From the NCBI GenBank assembly GCA_965644495.1, contig CBFFSA010000001.1:992001-1056000 (forward strand): a stretch of 64,000 bases of DNA, in the 5' to 3' direction. Source of the DNA: Perkinsela sp. CCAP 1560/9 (Eukaryota; Protista; Euglenozoa: Kinetoplastea). Position 1 is the first letter of the stretch. Each line of letters begins with the position of its first letter. The translations under genes were made by a program, and so were the position numbers. Positions 1-11,119 of this stretch are shown here, piece by piece. Under the pieces are notes generated by a model. It was given only the letters and a program-made list of their open reading frames with translations, was not told the origin of the DNA and did no database searches.

Positions 1-2
1 CT

Positions 3-548
3 GTGTCGGCATTGTCTCGTGGAAAGGAACTCAAGGGTTCGATAAATTGGTCTTATCTACCACACTCTGTACGTGTACTACATCTCCAAAATAATGCTCT
101 AACGGGTGGGATAAATCTTGGATCTCTTCCCTCGTCGCTGAGTGAGATTTCTTTGATGCGCAATCAGTTCTCTGGATCTCTTGATTTAGTTTCTCCACCT
201 ATTCCAGGTGCTCTAATTACTATCTCCGTCGTTGAGAATCGTTTATCGGGGAGTGTTAACCTTGCAGAGCTTCCTCCCAAACTTGTTTCCCTCGCGCTGG
301 CATGCAATAGTTTTACTGGTAGTCTCGAGCTAACGCGGTTGCCTCCTACTTTACTAGATATTTTTCTTCACGTAAACCAATTCTCGGGCGAGGTCGACCT
401 TTCTCATTTGCCTGGGAGTCTAAGGTGGATCGATTTAAGCAGGAATAAAGAGCTTTGCGGATTAGTATATCTCGGGGAACTTCCGGGATCTCTTCGGGCA
501 AGTTACTGGTCTGAGACTATGATACAAGACGTATGGGGGAAAGAATAA
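3..548 (+). CDS. Leucine-rich repeat protein (5' end outside window)
   Basis: Repeated LPxxLxxLxLxxNxFSGxLDL units; same family as 28557-29345 and 29948-30616. Confidence 0.85.
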   Translation: MSALSRGKELKGSINWSYLPHSVRVLHLQNNALTGGINLGSLPSSLSEISLMRNQFSGSLDLVSPPIPGALITISVVENRLSGSVNLAELPPKLVSLALACNSFTGSLELTRLPPTLLDIFLHVNQFSGEVDLSHLPGSLRWIDLSRNKELCGLVYLGELPGSLRASYWSETMIQDVWGKE

Positions 549-833
549 TGAACAGAGAGTTCACTTCACAAGTCGAGGGATCTTACTTGTTTTTTAACGT
601 CGTGGTTTCTTTTAATGACCTTGCTCAAGAACATGGAGAGCATTCGGTTCCGAGTCATTGTAGATAGATTTTATACACATTGTATATACTTTTAAGAAAT
701 TTTACCACTCTGGGTGTCAAGGACTCTTATTAATGAAGTAAAGAAATTTATAACATAAATTTTGACCCACAAAGTAAGTCAGTACACCGACAACAATTTG
801 GAACACAAAGTAACGATAACGACAGTAACTTTT

Positions 834-1715
834 ATGACTTTCGGTTACTCCATGGCACAGCACTTTCGGTTACGTCCATATTTGCCTTCGGTCATATCGG
901 GAATTATTCTAATTGGATGTGTCATATACCGTAGAATAAGAGGAGTTGTGTTTCTTCAAAAGAACTTTTATCGACAGTGCAAGTTGGCTTTGAAAGTCCC
1001 GTTGAGTCACGATACGTACGTTTTTCGATTCCTTTTGCCCAAAAATGCAGTTCTTGGATTGGACGCAGGACAACATATATTTTTACGTACCTGCATTGAT
1101 GGGAAAACGGTAGCTCGGCCATATACACCTGTATCTTCCGTAAATGCAAAGGGATACTTTGATCTTCTTGTGAAAGTTTATGAACCATACGGCCAAAAGA
1201 AAGGTGGTATCATGACACAGTATTTGAAATCACTTTCAACAGGATCAACATTGGACGTTATGGGACCAAAGGGGAAATTTGTATATCATGGAATGGGAAA
1301 ATATGGTATATTGAACACGGAAATACGAAGATGCAAACGTATTGGAATGATTGCAGGAGGCACGGGAATAACACCCATGCTGCAAATAATTCACGCCGTG
1401 CTGAAAGATGCGAAAGATAAAACTAAGATGTACCTTCTATTCTCAAATTGCGCGAAATCTGATATATTATGTCGTTCGGAGCTTGATAATTTGATGGAAG
1501 ATTCACGCTTTACCGTAACGTATACATTAACTAAAGACTTCAGTAAGGATAAGGAGATTACGGGGCGAGTAGATGAGCCAATGATTTCCATGTACCTACC
1601 TTGTCCTCACGCAGATACATTATTTCTTATTTGTGGTCCATCTGGGCTAGTACGACTATCTCAACAGCTACTCAATAGAATTGGACACGATAGAAAAAAC
1701 ATATTCTCTTTTTAG
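834..1715 (+). CDS. NADH-cytochrome b5 reductase
   Basis: RPYTPVS FAD motif, GPKG, MIAGGTGITPMLQ NADH motif, ICGP, C-terminal F, N-terminal hydrophobic anchor; start at ATG 834 or 852. Confidence 0.93.
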   Translation: MTFGYSMAQHFRLRPYLPSVISGIILIGCVIYRRIRGVVFLQKNFYRQCKLALKVPLSHDTYVFRFLLPKNAVLGLDAGQHIFLRTCIDGKTVARPYTPVSSVNAKGYFDLLVKVYEPYGQKKGGIMTQYLKSLSTGSTLDVMGPKGKFVYHGMGKYGILNTEIRRCKRIGMIAGGTGITPMLQIIHAVLKDAKDKTKMYLLFSNCAKSDILCRSELDNLMEDSRFTVTYTLTKDFSKDKEITGRVDEPMISMYLPCPHADTLFLICGPSGLVRLSQQLLNRIGHDRKNIFSF

Positions 1716-3645
1716 AAGATTATTTGCGTCGTTTATTATCTTAGATATAACGTATTTATTTGACGGCGTTATTACGATTAAGATTTTGAAGTAAAATGTG
1801 AAATAATCACGTCATAATATGAAGAGTACGCCATAATCTAAATACTGCTTTTGCAGGCAAGCAAGCAACGATACCTCTTTCGAAAAAAACGCAACTTTTC
1901 ACGACAGCGAGAAAGTGCTTCATTTGAATAGAGGAGAAAGGCTTTCGAGATAGTGGTACTTTTCCCCCAAGTTGTTTGCCCCCCCCCTAGTCACTACGTT
2001 TCGGAAAAACGAAAACCACAGTCCGGTTTAACATTCCTGTAGCTTCATAACACTCCGGGGGGAATGTTATGATGTCCCACTCGTTCTTTAGCAATGTTAA
2101 AGTACTATAGTTCACATTTCCTATTTTTCACAATGACACGTATTGTTCGTAAAGACACTTCCACAAATAAAAATGCGATCGGCGAAAACATGGGGGAAAA
2201 AATTGCTGTTCTTGGTTGTTCAGTATGAAACCCCTGCTGTCACTGCTAAGAATTTATAATTCCTTAGAAAAGTCTTTGTTTTTTATGTGCTTTTTCATAT
2301 CATGGCCACCACTTGTTCTACACTCATCGGGCGGACATGGTCCTCCCTCGATTCCCATAGCTCTGTTTTGGATGGCACTGGATTCGTCATCCTCCAAAGC
2401 AACGCTTGGAGGGGGGTTACCGGGGCAACGCTAGGATGGGGGGGGGTAGTAATACGGGATGCATTGGCACACAAACTGTGTTTCTAAAGACACCTAGGCG
2501 CCTTTTCTTCCGTTTTTCGCAAGATTGAGCTGACAAACACCAAGAAAGAAAACATCGTGCACCCCAGACGATTCATAGAGAGAAGAGTGGATTCGAAACA
2601 TCGACAAAAATGGATGAAAAGTCAATAGAATAACCGCTTTTGATGGTGGAATCTCCCTTTTTTCCTCCAAATGTTTTCCAAAAAAAAAACTTCAATGTTT
2701 TTTCGAGTTCAGCGATTTAGCAATCCTTCTAGATTGGTATTGACGAAAGAGAAGACATTGGCTTACTTACACCAAGCCACTCGGGGACATTTATAGAAAA
2801 TACGAGTACTAGATCTCAAATTGTGGCACGACAGATTGACAAAAGGTGTGACACACTTATAGAGTTCGGTAGCGTATCAATACTGTATGGATAACACGTG
2901 AACGAGCGAAATGGGAAATTGAAAGCACGAATGGCCTATATTTCAGCCTCAGAGATGAGCTGATGAAATACAAGTGAATAATTTTAGTATTAGGAGTGCC
3001 CTTCAAAATTTTTAAAAATTTGGGGGAAAAAAGGGAGATTCGACCGAATTTGATCAATAAAAGATCGTTGTTTCTAAAAAATTAAGTAAAAAACGGAGAA
3101 AAACCCAAAAAATTGGGGTACTTTTTCCCCATAGAATACCCAAAAAGTCTTTATTGCAGATCGTAGTATTTCGTACCTCCTTTTTTTCCTACCTCCCCAA
3201 CACTTTTCTATTTTTTTGGTTGCTAAAGTATATGAAAGGAAAGAAAGCGCATGCACAAAGTTTGCTAAGTTTATGTACACGGAATTCCTCTACCGGTTTT
3301 TACTTGTCCAAGGCGACACCAACGTGCTTTTTTTACCAACAGGTTGCGCCGAATATACGGCTTACCCAAGAGAACCTTGGAAAGTTAACATTACTGTAGC
3401 TAATTAATATTCCTCCGGAACGTTAAAACCGGACTGTGGATTGGTTTTAGGTCAGTACTGTAGGTTACCGCAAAAAACAGGAAAATTAACTTGGTTTTAT
3501 TGGAGTCCGAAAAAACGGTCGGGCGAAATTTTCTGTGAAGATTTCACAGGTACCGAATACATTAGACGTTCACCCATTAGTTTGATTGTTCTGTATTCCC
3601 CCTATTTAATTTACATAATTTACATTTGCGCCGACCATTTGTCGC

Positions 3646-4563
3646 ATGAAAACACTATATGACTCCGAAAACTTGTTCCGGGCCGGAATTGAAAGTATCG
3701 CAAGTAATAAAAATTATCAGCAAAACTGTTACACTAGTCAGTGGTCTAATACGGACTGGTGCGCATACATGCGCAAAGAGAAAGAGAAAGATGGAAATTT
3801 TAAATTAGTTGAAAACATTCGACGTCGGATGGGTATTGCACTTGAAGGACTGTATATTAGAAAGCGCTGCAAATATTGTTGGATTTCATTGAAGCATTGT
3901 GTTTGTACACAAATGGTTTATTTAGCACATTTGGTTCCGGATATTAAATTCGTTCTTTGTATGCATAGCCATGAGTTTTCGCGGGTAAGTAATTCAGGAA
4001 AGGTGGTAGGGGCATGTTTTGCAGCTGAAATACTGCTTGAAGGGCTTGAGTCATCAAGGATACGTATTTCGGAAATATTGGAGGCATATCATTTCAGTTG
4101 TGTATTGTATCCCGGAAGCAAATCTACTAGCATGCCCTCATACATAAACTCGGTTCTTTTAGGAAAAAATAGAGATTCGCCGAAGTTTATTGATTCCACT
4201 AATTATTATACTGTAGTACCGAAGGAGACAACTATTAAACCCAAGCCATGGGTTATTTTTCTTATTGATTCTACGTGGAATCAATCGAAGGCCCTTGAAA
4301 AGGTTATACCAGACTATGTACCTCGCGTTGCGCTAGTCCCTGGACTTGTTGCTTCTCACAACAGCATACTTCATCCTGTTCGGCGTAGAACTCGATTTAG
4401 CGGTGTTTCTACCGCAGAAGCTGTCGTTCTCTTTTTGCACACTATTGGAGCATCGAGAGATAAGGTAGTTGACCCCTTCATAAATTCAATTCGTGCAATG
4501 GTCAACGCTGCATGCGTCGAGAAGCATGTCTACCCTCCTTATTTGAACCTGAGCGAAAATTAA
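3646..4563 (+). CDS. DTW-domain protein (tRNA-uridine aminocarboxypropyltransferase, DTWD2/TapT-like)
   Basis: RCKYC...HCVC zinc motif, HSHE...SNSG, LYP, IDSTW (DxTW), STAEAV. Confidence 0.88.
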   Translation: MKTLYDSENLFRAGIESIASNKNYQQNCYTSQWSNTDWCAYMRKEKEKDGNFKLVENIRRRMGIALEGLYIRKRCKYCWISLKHCVCTQMVYLAHLVPDIKFVLCMHSHEFSRVSNSGKVVGACFAAEILLEGLESSRIRISEILEAYHFSCVLYPGSKSTSMPSYINSVLLGKNRDSPKFIDSTNYYTVVPKETTIKPKPWVIFLIDSTWNQSKALEKVIPDYVPRVALVPGLVASHNSILHPVRRRTRFSGVSTAEAVVLFLHTIGASRDKVVDPFINSIRAMVNAACVEKHVYPPYLNLSEN

Positions 4564-4789
4564 AGCTAAATAACATTTAGTAGCATCTGTCGTCAATACG
4601 AAAGAATGTGTTTTCTCGCTGATCAACACCTCGGTCGCAAGCCAGTGCGAATCAATATCGGATCGAGGCAAAGACCCAACTTTGTCGGCACGCTTTCTCT
4701 CGTACTTGTGTAAAGTATCTATTTTTGGTCGAAATCCTGTACGAAAATCCTCATGAGCCATTTTTTTGTCAAAGATCCTCATTAAACAA

Positions 4790-4870
4790 AGACGGGATAC
4801 TGTAAGACGGGATACTGGTCGTAAGACCAGTAAGACGGGATACTGGTAAGACGGGATACTGGTCGTCGTA
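4790..4870. repeat. Short imperfect tandem repeat (AAGACGGGATACTGGT, about 4 copies)
   Basis: Directly visible repeats. Confidence 0.8.
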
Positions 4871-5853
4871 CTGATACAGGGCACTATTTGTTTTATAAAC
4901 TCAATCGATTTGTGACCGCAAGAAAAGATTGTCACCATGCTCGCCAATTCTAATAACTTTATCTTATGAATTCATAAGATTATTAATTTATAAGATAATA
5001 ATAGTTTATAGTAAAGTTAAGTAAGTTTAGAGACCCCTTAAAGGATAACAGTCTCCCTCCTAACTTTTGTGTCGTGAGAGCTTTTGACCTACACCTGTAA
5101 CTCCTTCGGCATTCGATAGATCTCGAAATGCGTCGTATGTTTGCCGAAGGAATCAGCGTAAAAAACCCAAGAGAAATACCTGAGATTATTAATACAGGTT
5201 AACAATTGACATCTTGGCGAAACACCACATTTTCACGTGAGATCATGCGAGTTCACGCGAGACTATGCCCGCAGCCCCTCAATTCTCGCGGCACACGTGC
5301 CATGCGCTTGGTGTGTTTCGTAGGAGTGTTGTAAGCGATTTTTCGTGCTCGTTTTCCTATAATTGTAGTCTTCGGGGCAATACACTTTTTCAGGCCTCGT
5401 CCCTACATCGGCAATGTTTTCATTGGAGAGTATGTAGCCAGTACTTGTAGATCGCTGAAGGTCGCTGGCAGTTTCTGGCGAGAACTGGCTGACTCTGACA
5501 GTTTCTGGCAGTCGTTGTAGGTAATATTTTCGAGTGGGGAGCTAGAGGCTGAGTATTCTCAACAGGGTGGGTATAGGAAAAAGAAAAAAAAAGAAAAAAG
5601 AATTCTTTTAAAGAAATGAAGGTTTCAGTCCACTTTTTCGAATGAATTTAAGTATTTAGAAAGAGTTGCCTGATTGCTATCTGACATATTATTTGACCTA
5701 GGGTATCGCGAACTCATGTTTTTATTCTCCTTAAATTTATTTACTAGTCTTTGTCGCTTTTCTATATCTGCTACAACATACACACATTATACATACACAT
5801 TATTTACCTGCACTTTTGTGTCGTTCATATACATATTTCAATAGTGTGACCGA

Positions 5854-6819
5854 TCAGAGCACACCCAAAGGGGTAAAATAGAAGATCAGGGTTATGTGTC
5901 CAGTTCTTAAAACTAACAATCTGCCTATACAGGTGCGTCCGAACACGTGCTCAACGCGCGCTCGATAGTGCGCTAAACGCTCCTTAAACTCCAATTTTTC
6001 GTGCGACTTATTCTCGTAATCGCTTTCCGATTGAGCTGAAATGCGAACCTGAGGCCATATTTGACGTTTTTCGTATGGTAAGGTGACGTTCGCATTCTCA
6101 TAGAAGCCTCCGTCTGCCTGACATTTGACACCAAACTTTCGTAACATGTTGAGAATACCACTGTCGTCCATGATGACACTATCAAGGGAGCTACCTGTAT
6201 ACAATGCCTGGCCATAAAAGCATACAAATCCGGCAAGCGTGCAGGCTACAATAGCTCTTGCTACAGACTCCGAGTATTTAGGCTGAAAACAATTTTCAAT
6301 GGCGTCAACGTATATGGGTACCGTATCCAGCAAACCACCCGTATCCAGCCGCGACCAAATTTGACAGTCAAATAGTCCGATGTGACTTCATAATTCCCCC
6401 CGACCCTCAGGAAAGCAAAGGCAGCAAAAACGTCCTCTCTATTAAATGAAAGATTCTCAAAGTAGCACAATGTTGCATCGGTAAAATCACAGGCAGAAAG
6501 TTCGGATGGTATGTAGATGTCACCAGCTAATTTAACGCATCCACTCTTCAGCATCGCGACCTTGCAGAATATCCCTTACACTGCGCCATCGAGAAACACA
6601 ATTAAAAGCTGGACAGCCAGTACACAAAGGACGAACAGGTCTCATGCGCCAATTTGAATAGTCAATTTGCGTATTCTGAGGAGGAGGAAGTTCGCGGAGA
6701 CCAGTTGGAGGCCCTTGGTAAGTAGCATTTTCGAGTAGAGCCATAAATCGTGCGAACATGCGTTTTTTGCGGTCAGCGTCCTGCTCCCGACTACCTTGAT
6801 CCATAGAATAAACAGGCAA
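5854..6819 (-). pseudogene. Degenerate PIF/Harbinger-type DDE transposase
   Basis: ORFs 5854-6333 and 6261-6554 align by eye with 58931-60112 (FAFLRVGGNY/FLFLRCGGSY, LDTVPIYVD, QPKY, ADGGFY, RARVEH); internal deletion plus frameshift after GRGW; 6532-6819 may be the N-terminus. Confidence 0.8.
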
Positions 6820-7907
6820 AGAGTTAGGAATGAGAGGATGGATTCTTGGATTCGAAACTAATAATCCTTACAATCCTTTACACAGAAACTAGGTGTCGCA
6901 GTATAGGAAAACAAATACACAATCCTGCGGAAGTGGCAGACACAGGTTCTCAGTGCGCGACCACAATGTTTGTGGTGATTCTTTATAGTTTTACCTTAGT
7001 TTTGCCAAGCTCGCTTAGTTTTACCAAGCTCGCTCTGGATCACTGAGTACGCTTCCGAATTCGACACATTGAAGTGCAATATTGCGCTTGAGGTCTTGCG
7101 CTGATGCACCGAAATTATAGTGGTGGCGCTTAGTCCAGTCTTTTATAATTCGGTGCACAAACTCAGCATGGTTGGCATGATACCCATGGAGTTCAACGAA
7201 CTCAATCGAATGGGTCCTCCATACCCAAGTACCCACGCCAAGAATCAGTCACAACCAAGGACCGCGCAAACCTGCCAATAAGTTTGCATAGTACCGCATG
7301 TAGGACGTGTTTCCCACTGCTTCACGTACCTTAGCTATTAACAGTGGGGTCATCCAGCCTTGATTTAGGCTGCATCTTTAGGTACAGGTTCTAACAGTGG
7401 AGCGCTCGATGGAGACCAAGTATGCTCTTCACTATTTTTGACAAAGTACTTTTTTTCGCCACGCCAATGAGGATTAAGCGGGTTTTGCCTTTCAACCCTC
7501 TAAGAGTATGCCTGTTGTGGGGGAAGGAAAGGATGAACTAAAGAAAACAGAAACCGTGCTTAATGTTAACCCCATACACATCATAATAAACCCTGTTCCG
7601 GGTTAATGTGCCTACGGCTACAGTACTTATTATGCCGGGGGAGCACGATAAGTGGAAACGACCACTATTATTGTGGTCGTTATCGGTTTAAAAAAAATAC
7701 CTTTTTTTGGTTTTTTTTCCAATATTTAGTTATTGTGCCTATATCCAGTTATTTTGCCGGGGGGCACAATAACCCGGTTTACCATAATATTTAATTTTTC
7801 AAAAATAATAATAGGCTTTTCCTTTTGGAGAAACAACTTCATTTACACCGACTTCGAACTTCTTTTTCTTGCCGAATTTTAATGATTCTGAAGATCCATG
7901 AATTTCT

Positions 7908-9425
7908 ATGAAGAGAATGGTTTCACACGCAATTGAAACTTGGGATGATTATGGAGACATCAAATGGCGCACAAGGCAAGTTTTAGGAGGTTTGGCTCGA
8001 TCTAGGTCTGGTAATCTTATTGCCCTTGCGGCGGTTAATGTACTCGATGTCCTACAGTCTCCGACGGAAGCCCATAAACTTGGAGACGAGTCATTGGATT
8101 CTTTGCAGAAACGTTTTGTTAAGCAATTGTTGGATGCATGCGATGTTTACGGTCTAGGATCTTATCGTATTTCGGTAGAGGACGCTTTAAATCATCTCAA
8201 TACTCTGTCCCAAGAAGAATTTATTGATTGGGCCATGCTTCACAAGTCAACAAATGCATTTTCCTCGCTAAATATAGCCGAAGAGACGCTTTCCACATTG
8301 GGAACTCCGATCTCCGAGTATTATCCCATGGATCGCAGCGTATTTGCATCAAACAGCCCTTCATGGGCTTTTAAGAACACGCGAAAAAAGCGGGAAATTT
8401 CAGTTTTAACAAAGCACTTGATTCGATGGTGTAGGGACTATGATTTAACTGAGATTGTCGATGTCGGAGGGGGTCAAGGCGATTTATGCGAATCGGTTCA
8501 ACAAGTATCACCTGCTCTAAGAGCTTTGTGTGTTGATCAAGATAGCAGGAAGCATTATCTGGGTCGTACACGAAGAGCGTACACAGGTACATGTTCTGAT
8601 CCAAATTTATGCCACGTAATTTCTTTAGGAAAATCTTCTGATTTTTTGCAAACACGTTTACCGTGTACCAGAGTAGATGGATTGATATCCAAACCATTTG
8701 TTTTATCCGTGGGATTACATACTTGTGGTTCTTTTGCTATCGAGCACATTCGCTCTGTTCTTCGAGTTGGCGGACCGCTTGCATTAAACATACCGTGCTG
8801 TTACCATATGTTAAAAAACACAGACATTGGAATTTCTTCGCTTCACGCCGAAATGACTAACTTAAGATCATATCTAGGTGCAAGACATCTGGCTAATCTT
8901 CGTCACGAGCCGTGGCCTTGCGTCACTGAGGCCCGGGATCGACTACTTCGCAAACAATACAGATATGCTTTGGCCTATCTATGCGGTCAGAGTAAGCTGT
9001 TCAATTCTCGACTTTATCCCCTTCCATTAGCAAACCTTCGAAATCTAAATGTTTCGTCTTTTGCGGAGTACGTACACAACTTGGAACGCCTGCGCGCTCG
9101 AAATCGATTAGACAGTGCACCCAATAAAGAAACTGTCGAAATTGATCAGTGTGATGTTAACTTTTTAGAAGACTTCTTTAATAAATCAGCAACAAAATCT
9201 ATAGTTCATACTGCATTAACTTTTCGATTTTTCCAGAGTAGACTCTTGGGACGGTCACTGGAACACCTGATACACTTTGATAGGGTTCTTCACATTATGG
9301 AGGAACACGGTAAAAGGTATGATGTCGCCCTCAGGAAATTTTTTCCGGCTTCTCTCTCAGCGCGCAACATGGGGGTCCTTATGCGCCGTAAACCATTTTA
9401 TGGTTGTCATTTACTCGCAGCATAG
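7908..9425 (+). CDS. SAM-dependent methyltransferase, METTL25/RRNAD1-like
   Basis: IVDVGGGQGDL motif I, VGLHTCG, IPCCYH, C-terminal FFPASLSARN. Confidence 0.85.
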   Translation: MKRMVSHAIETWDDYGDIKWRTRQVLGGLARSRSGNLIALAAVNVLDVLQSPTEAHKLGDESLDSLQKRFVKQLLDACDVYGLGSYRISVEDALNHLNTLSQEEFIDWAMLHKSTNAFSSLNIAEETLSTLGTPISEYYPMDRSVFASNSPSWAFKNTRKKREISVLTKHLIRWCRDYDLTEIVDVGGGQGDLCESVQQVSPALRALCVDQDSRKHYLGRTRRAYTGTCSDPNLCHVISLGKSSDFLQTRLPCTRVDGLISKPFVLSVGLHTCGSFAIEHIRSVLRVGGPLALNIPCCYHMLKNTDIGISSLHAEMTNLRSYLGARHLANLRHEPWPCVTEARDRLLRKQYRYALAYLCGQSKLFNSRLYPLPLANLRNLNVSSFAEYVHNLERLRARNRLDSAPNKETVEIDQCDVNFLEDFFNKSATKSIVHTALTFRFFQSRLLGRSLEHLIHFDRVLHIMEEHGKRYDVALRKFFPASLSARNMGVLMRRKPFYGCHLLAA

Positions 9426-11119
9426 TGTTATTTTGTATTTTATACTTCCCTTTGACGAAGCCCTGTGCCCGAGTGTGCTATTGTGCCACATTGTGGCCCA
9501 TCTTTTTTGTACTGTATGAGGGTGAAAGGAAATTTTCTTCCCCCTCTCCTGAGGCGAAATTTGGTTTTTTTTCTCCGTTTTTGCTCAGTTTGGCGGCATT
9601 CGAGAGACCTCTTTCCCCTAGCGAAGTGCTTTTTTTCGGAATATTTTGAATTTGTTTGGAAAGAAATTAGAAAAAAAAATCGATTTTCACCTTTTTTTGA
9701 AATTTCATTGTTCGAAAGCACGACTCAAAGGGTTTGTCAGCCGAGTGATCGCTTTCGCCCCAAGTCACTTCTCCGTTGAGATCTATAGCCGGCTATTTCC
9801 AGAAGTGATAAAGTATAAGACTTTAAAACCCTGGTTTGCGGTGCGCCCATGTGCGGCCGTCAGAAGAGGTTTCCACAAAATAGATTTACCGCGGCGTTTT
9901 CCACGATCGGAGTATAACCAATTCCTTAAGAGCTTATACCCGCGGCTCATGGCCTTTCGAACAAGTAACAAATATGGGTTAGAACTAAACATCGGGAGCT
10001 ATAGGATCCCAATTTACACAAATGTCTCGACGGGAAATGATGCCAATGTCATGCACTTCAAATAAAATGCAACACAGATTATTTATCACGTGAATTGCAC
10101 ACCTTGACCGTATCTCATCCTCAATAGAACTTTTCCACTGTTTGTAAGCCCCCCTTTCGGCAACCGATATGCAGATTTAGGCATTTTTGGGAAAAAGTGA
10201 AGATTTTTATTTTAATTTTTTTTTGAAGTTTTTAAAGTGAGCTGAAAACAGCGGGAACGTGCAGATCTCAAAATTTTGAACGAAAGCGGTGCCGTAACCC
10301 TCTTTACCCCCCCTGTACAAAAAAAAGAGGGGGGTGACTTATTCGCTGTGGGGGGTTTTATACAGTGGTTTCAGTTGATCTTGCCCCCCCTCGGAATTTT
10401 GATTTTTGAAGAAAAGGGCCGGTGCATCTATATGTATTGCCGTCACATTTGATAGATTTGAATCTCTTAAGGAACTCCTTCACCGGGGAGTAATTTGTAG
10501 CCTCATGGGCGACGCTTTCACACTTAAACTACAATAAGCAAGGCTTAATACCGTTGTCCCCCCTTTACATTTCGCGTTTTGATCTCAAAATCAGTGATAT
10601 TGTGATAAGTAACGTGCCTGAAAAACATCTATACATACTACTAACTGCAGAGTCTCCATAGGCTCCTTCATATATGAATATAACCCTTCATGTATGAGTG
10701 CATCTAATAAAACAAGTGTATCTAATAAAACAACAGCTTGCGAATAGATAAAGATAACGTTTCTGTACTGGTTTTTAGGTCAAAAAGAGGCTTTATTTCG
10801 ACGGTACCAAGCTACCCCTAGTTATTCGTCACTTTTCACCAAAAGGGGGTCACAGTATGGGGGATGTAGTATGTAATGAGGTTTTTATGTTATACCCCCT
10901 AACCTCTCGCCCAGCTATCATACAGGTGGTCGTACAGAATTGGTACCGTCGCCTGCACGATACGTGTGTATTCTAAATCAGCTTTTTCGCACGGCATGGT
11001 ACAGTATATTCCTGTTCTTGACTTTTTGAATGTTTCACATAGCATGTTTTCATTAGCACTATTGTTGCTTATTGACAATTTTGTAGTAATTTTCTTATTT
11101 ACTTATTTGATCACTTGTC

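Noticed and set aside
9780-10070. Tc1/IS630 transposase relic
   Set aside because: Only a faint LPMFSSNP resemblance to LPxYSPxLNP; too degraded to support
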